Shown here in pieces: positions 60,725 to 64,000 of a stretch of 64,000 nucleotides of DNA. This DNA is from Candidatus Enterousia sp. (GTDB taxonomy: Bacteria; Pseudomonadota; Alphaproteobacteria; Rs-D84), in contig JAZLDI010000005.1 of the NCBI GenBank assembly GCA_045614665.1, forward strand, positions 3,738-67,737, read 5' to 3'. Position 1 is the stretch's first letter. Every line of letters begins with the position of its first letter. Under the pieces are notes generated by a model. That model searched no databases and was not told the DNA's origin. It was given only the letters and a program-made list of their open reading frames with translations. The position numbers and the translations under genes are program-made.

Positions 60725-63115
60725 TTATTTTACTACACTAAAATCAACAGATGTACCTGTGCCGTCTTCGGTTGCAATGCGGACGGTATGGTTGCCGATA
60801 GCAACGCTGTGGACCAATTTTTCACCGGATTTTGTTGTCCCCAGGGTTTTATTATCTAAAAACCAAAATATCTTCGCAGATGGGGTGGTGGATACGGCCA
60901 TAAATGATATTGGCGTGGTATCTTGGTCAGATGTTATAACAACCTGGGTTGCGGGGGCCGGGGATATGATAACAGGGGTGTGTGCGCTATGTGATATAGT
61001 GTCCAGGTCGCACCCCGGCATAAAAGGTGGTGGTGTGTTGCGTTCAATTCCCGCGCGACGAAACATATCCAAGAATTCTGCATCCCAAAATTCATAAACC
61101 GCCATATGGGTTGTATCGGGATTGTTGGTACAGGCGCGACGACCACTGGCATTATCAATGGCAACGGCGCGGTATATCGGGGATGTGTCGATTGGTGATA
61201 CGCCTGGAATAAAATATGCCGGGATGGATTTGGGACAGTGTGGGCCCGCGATTCCGCCGACGCGGTCACACATATCAATTTGTGTTATGTTTAAATCGTC
61301 ACGTAAAAAATTATTGTTTGTAACTGTGGTCCCGTGTGACTGGCTGTATGCGATGACAGAATCGGCCAGCGCAAAATATATTGGTGCGGCGGTGCGGGCA
61401 CCACTGAACGCATTGTTGGGTGTTCCGTCAAAGTTTCCTACCCATACGATTAAGACATAGTCGCCAAATATTCCCGCCGTCCAGGCATCACGAAATGATG
61501 ACGATGTGCCTGTTTTCCAATAATGTTTAATGTTATCGTTGTCGGTATGGCGGGTGTATGGTATATGTGTGGTGTTTGTGCGCTGGCGCCCCAGCATATC
61601 AAGCGTTATAAAGAATGCCTCCGGTGATAAAAGGCTATTGATTTCTTTATTGGGCACATCTGCGCGTGTGCGAATTTTACGACGCACCCCCAGGTTTGCC
61701 ATTGTTGCATAAATGTCGGCTAATTCGAACATTGAAACCTCGGCCCCGCCCAGGGCGATTGATATTCCATAATGCGATGGAGGGTTAAGATTGCCGACCC
61801 CAGAATCTGCAAGTAAATTATAGAATTTATTTATGCCAACTTTTTGAACCAAATTGATTGCTGGGATGTTTCGCGAATGTGTCAATGCGTCACGTGCCAA
61901 GACCGGTCCGTAAAATCCTCCATCTGAATTTTCAGGTGCATATACACCAAAGTTTATTGGGGCATCACGCAACAATGTCATAGAATGAATATATCCCGCA
62001 TCTGTGGCGGCGGCATAAATTAGCGGCTTTAATGTGGATCCGGGACTGCGCCGGGCGTGGACACCATCATTTTGGCCGTATATAGATGCATCAAAGAAAT
62101 CAATAGATCCAATATGTGCCAATACGTCCATTGTTTTATAATTCAGCAATATGGCCGCGGCATTTTTTATGCCTTTGTCACGTTTGGATGCGATTTGTGT
62201 CACAAGGGTACGTTCCAGGCGTTGCTGTAATTCTAAATCCATGGTTGTTTTTATATGTGATGGTGATGTCCAACTGGAATCATCATGCGCGATTTCGTGA
62301 TTGATAAAATGCGGAGCATAAAACGGCAGGTCGCGCAAGCCATACACATTTAATGGCATTTGTGACAGTGTAATTAAGTCGCCGTCGTCACCATATTTTT
62401 GCCGCCAACGTTTCACCAGGTGTTGTCGCATATGCCACATAGTGTTCAATCCGTCTGCCGTGTTCAGGCCGCGATTGCGCGGATTTTGCGGAATGGTTGA
62501 TAATGTAATCGATTCGATTGTGGATATATCTGATGGTGCATGGTGAAAGTAAATAAGTGATGCGGCGGCAACCCCTTCGATATTACCACCGTACGGTGCC
62601 AGGTTTAAATACGCTTCGATAATTTCAGATTTGGAATAAAACGCATCCAAATAAATTGCCGTGGCAATTTGTACCAATTTTCCGCGCAATGTTTTGGTAT
62701 CAAGATTATATTTTAGACGTGCAACCTGCATCGTGATTGTTGATGCGCCGGCCGTGTCGGTATTTCCACTAATATAATGTTGTGCTGCACGAATAAGAGG
62801 GATTGGATTTATGCCAGGATGCCAATAGAAGTATTTATCTTCGTACAAAATGGTGGCGCGAATTATATCTGGATTTATTTCAGACAGGGGCGTAAATACC
62901 CGATATTTTTCATCCGACGACAGGGTCAGGCGCATCAGTTGACCGTGTCTGTCGTAATATGCACGCGAAAAATCTATGTCCGAGAGTAGGGGGGGGGTAA
63001 AGAATATTCTTATACCAAGGTACATCGTCAACAAGGCACACATAAAAACACTCAGTTTTTTGTGATGATAATAAAAGTGTTTTATGTGTGTGAAAAACTT
63101 AGTCATTGGTTGCAT
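60725..63115 (-). CDS. pbpC: Penicillin-binding protein 1C (bifunctional transglycosylase / transpeptidase-like)
   Basis: GT51 motifs RATILYEDKYFYWHPGINP and GASTITMQ. SxxK SPGSTLKP. C-terminal PBP1C-type domain. Start overlaps the upstream A2M gene. Confidence 0.92.
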   Translation of the reverse strand: MQPMTKFFTHIKHFYYHHKKLSVFMCALLTMYLGIRIFFTPPLLSDIDFSRAYYDRHGQLMRLTLSSDEKYRVFTPLSEINPDIIRATILYEDKYFYWHPGINPIPLIRAAQHYISGNTDTAGASTITMQVARLKYNLDTKTLRGKLVQIATAIYLDAFYSKSEIIEAYLNLAPYGGNIEGVAAASLIYFHHAPSDISTIESITLSTIPQNPRNRGLNTADGLNTMWHMRQHLVKRWRQKYGDDGDLITLSQMPLNVYGLRDLPFYAPHFINHEIAHDDSSWTSPSHIKTTMDLELQQRLERTLVTQIASKRDKGIKNAAAILLNYKTMDVLAHIGSIDFFDASIYGQNDGVHARRSPGSTLKPLIYAAATDAGYIHSMTLLRDAPINFGVYAPENSDGGFYGPVLARDALTHSRNIPAINLVQKVGINKFYNLLADSGVGNLNPPSHYGISIALGGAEVSMFELADIYATMANLGVRRKIRTRADVPNKEINSLLSPEAFFITLDMLGRQRTNTTHIPYTRHTDNDNIKHYWKTGTSSSFRDAWTAGIFGDYVLIVWVGNFDGTPNNAFSGARTAAPIYFALADSVIAYSQSHGTTVTNNNFLRDDLNITQIDMCDRVGGIAGPHCPKSIPAYFIPGVSPIDTSPIYRAVAIDNASGRRACTNNPDTTHMAVYEFWDAEFLDMFRRAGIERNTPPPFMPGCDLDTISHSAHTPVIISPAPATQVVITSDQDTTPISFMAVSTTPSAKIFWFLDNKTLGTTKSGEKLVHSVAIGNHTVRIATEDGTGTSVDFSVVK

Positions 63116-64000
63116 TGATTACGTGAAATGCGGGTGCGTTGTTGGTATCTGTACCAAATATGCCGGCGTTATAAAGTGACATTGCGCGAATCGGGGGAAC
63201 CGCAAATGTGCCACCCGCCGTCAGTTGTGCACGATAAGTAAATGTTTTTTCATAACGATTCAAATCTGTATAAATAACAACTCGATCTTCGCGAATTTCA
63301 GAAAATGTTGCATCGCCCGATATATCTTCGGCAACAAAGCCCCCAGGTAACAGGTCCACAATCGCGACATTCGGCAAGTGATTTGTACCACGCGCACGTG
63401 CGGTGATTTTTACATTGACAATATCTCCCAGATTGGCGTGTGTAATCTGATTCCCGTCTATATCCAGGTATTCACGAACAATTTCAATGCCGTTTGATTT
63501 GTTAACCGCGTGGCGTGCAAATCCAGACTGAACAATTGCATAATAAAGTGGTTTGTCCATGCACGATGTACATGTTATTTTTATTTTATTTATATCGCTG
63601 GGCAATTCGGCGGATAATGTTCCCGCGATTTCAGTTGGCTTAATAATGTCTTGTTCGGATGCGATTGTGATGTCATTAGACGAAACTGTGCCGTTTGTTA
63701 TGCCACCCAGGGCCATTATAATGCGTGCAGATGTGTACGCATCATAGTTTCCAGAATTTATGTAACCGTTTATAGCGTTGCCCAAATCGTTGATTGGTTC
63801 GTTGAAAAAGCGATTCGATATATGAATATACATTGCATCATCAGATACATTATTTTCGTATGTTGTGTTGTATTTGAACTTGCTGGATTTAGACATACGA
63901 TATTTGTCAATTAAATCGGTTGCGGATGTGGATTGTTTCATCATTTCAAGTGATGCAGCAATATATGCCCCGGATATGGTCGTATCCCAATTTCGCATAT
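63099..64000 (-). CDS. Alpha-2-macroglobulin family protein, C-terminal part (gene continues beyond the window)
   Basis: Frame open to nt 64000. C-terminus LLPGGFVAEDISGD...REDRVVIYTDL...YRAQLTAGGTFAVPPIRAMSLY is typical of bacterial A2M. Paired with pbpC. Confidence 0.85.
   Translation of the reverse strand, partial: MRNWDTTISGAYIAASLEMMKQSTSATDLIDKYRMSKSSKFKYNTTYENNVSDDAMYIHISNRFFNEPINDLGNAINGYINSGNYDAYTSARIIMALGGITNGTVSSNDITIASEQDIIKPTEIAGTLSAELPSDINKIKITCTSCMDKPLYYAIVQSGFARHAVNKSNGIEIVREYLDIDGNQITHANLGDIVNVKITARARGTNHLPNVAIVDLLPGGFVAEDISGDATFSEIREDRVVIYTDLNRYEKTFTYRAQLTAGGTFAVPPIRAMSLYNAGIFGTDTNNAPAFHVINATND

Overview
This 64-kb chromosomal window looks like a low-GC, probably anaerobic, host- or gut-associated alphaproteobacterium. 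The RpoA N-terminus is alphaproteobacterial in style, the rpsM-rpsK-rpoA-rplQ cluster lacks rpsD, and nrdD/nrdG are present. All calls come from reading the ORF translations and the DNA by eye; no searches were run.

Housekeeping genes recognised: secY (3' part), rpsM, rpsK, rpoA, rplQ, grpE, tpiA, a ppiD-like chaperone, clpP, clpX, infA, nrdD/nrdG, tdk, an S41 C-terminal processing protease, pbpC plus the 3' end of an alpha-2-macroglobulin gene, an acyl-CoA ligase, a DUF1015 protein, a secreted choloylglycine-hydrolase-family enzyme, a VanX/DdpX-type dipeptidase, tRNA-Gln(CUG) and tRNA-Arg(ACG).

By my coordinates about half of the window encodes signal-peptide proteins with no recognisable enzymatic function.

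- **Cys-rich paralog family.** Six members take up about 19% of the window. They share a CxxAYxxCMDxFC...CxCS module and repeated C-x(5-8)-CG-x-[DN]-[FYW]-x-x-C motifs. I do not recognise the family.
- **Probable envelope operon (16.7-28.0 kb).** It combines two small family members, a 1588-aa Cys-repeat protein ending in an OmpA-like domain, and a 1243-aa ankyrin / beta-barrel protein.
- **Other surface proteins.** There is a Pmp-repeat autotransporter, and several proteins carry Gly/Ala glycine-zipper-like segments.

Other points worth a second look:

- The class III ribonucleotide reductase appears split, with the glycyl-radical loop on a separate 59-aa ORF that has its own strong Shine-Dalgarno (SD) sequence.
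- Tandem NrdR-box-like palindromes lie upstream of nrdD.
- A 5.6-kb accessory block interrupts the ribosomal alpha operon.
- A 29-nt duplication of the tRNA-Arg 3' end looks like an att-type scar.
- A Fic protein with a degenerate active-site motif sits in an apparent operon with an APH-like kinase, an Smr protein and tdk.
- A roughly 90-nt palindrome is built from TAGTG/CACTA heptad arrays.

No CRISPR array, transposase, integrase or rRNA gene was seen.
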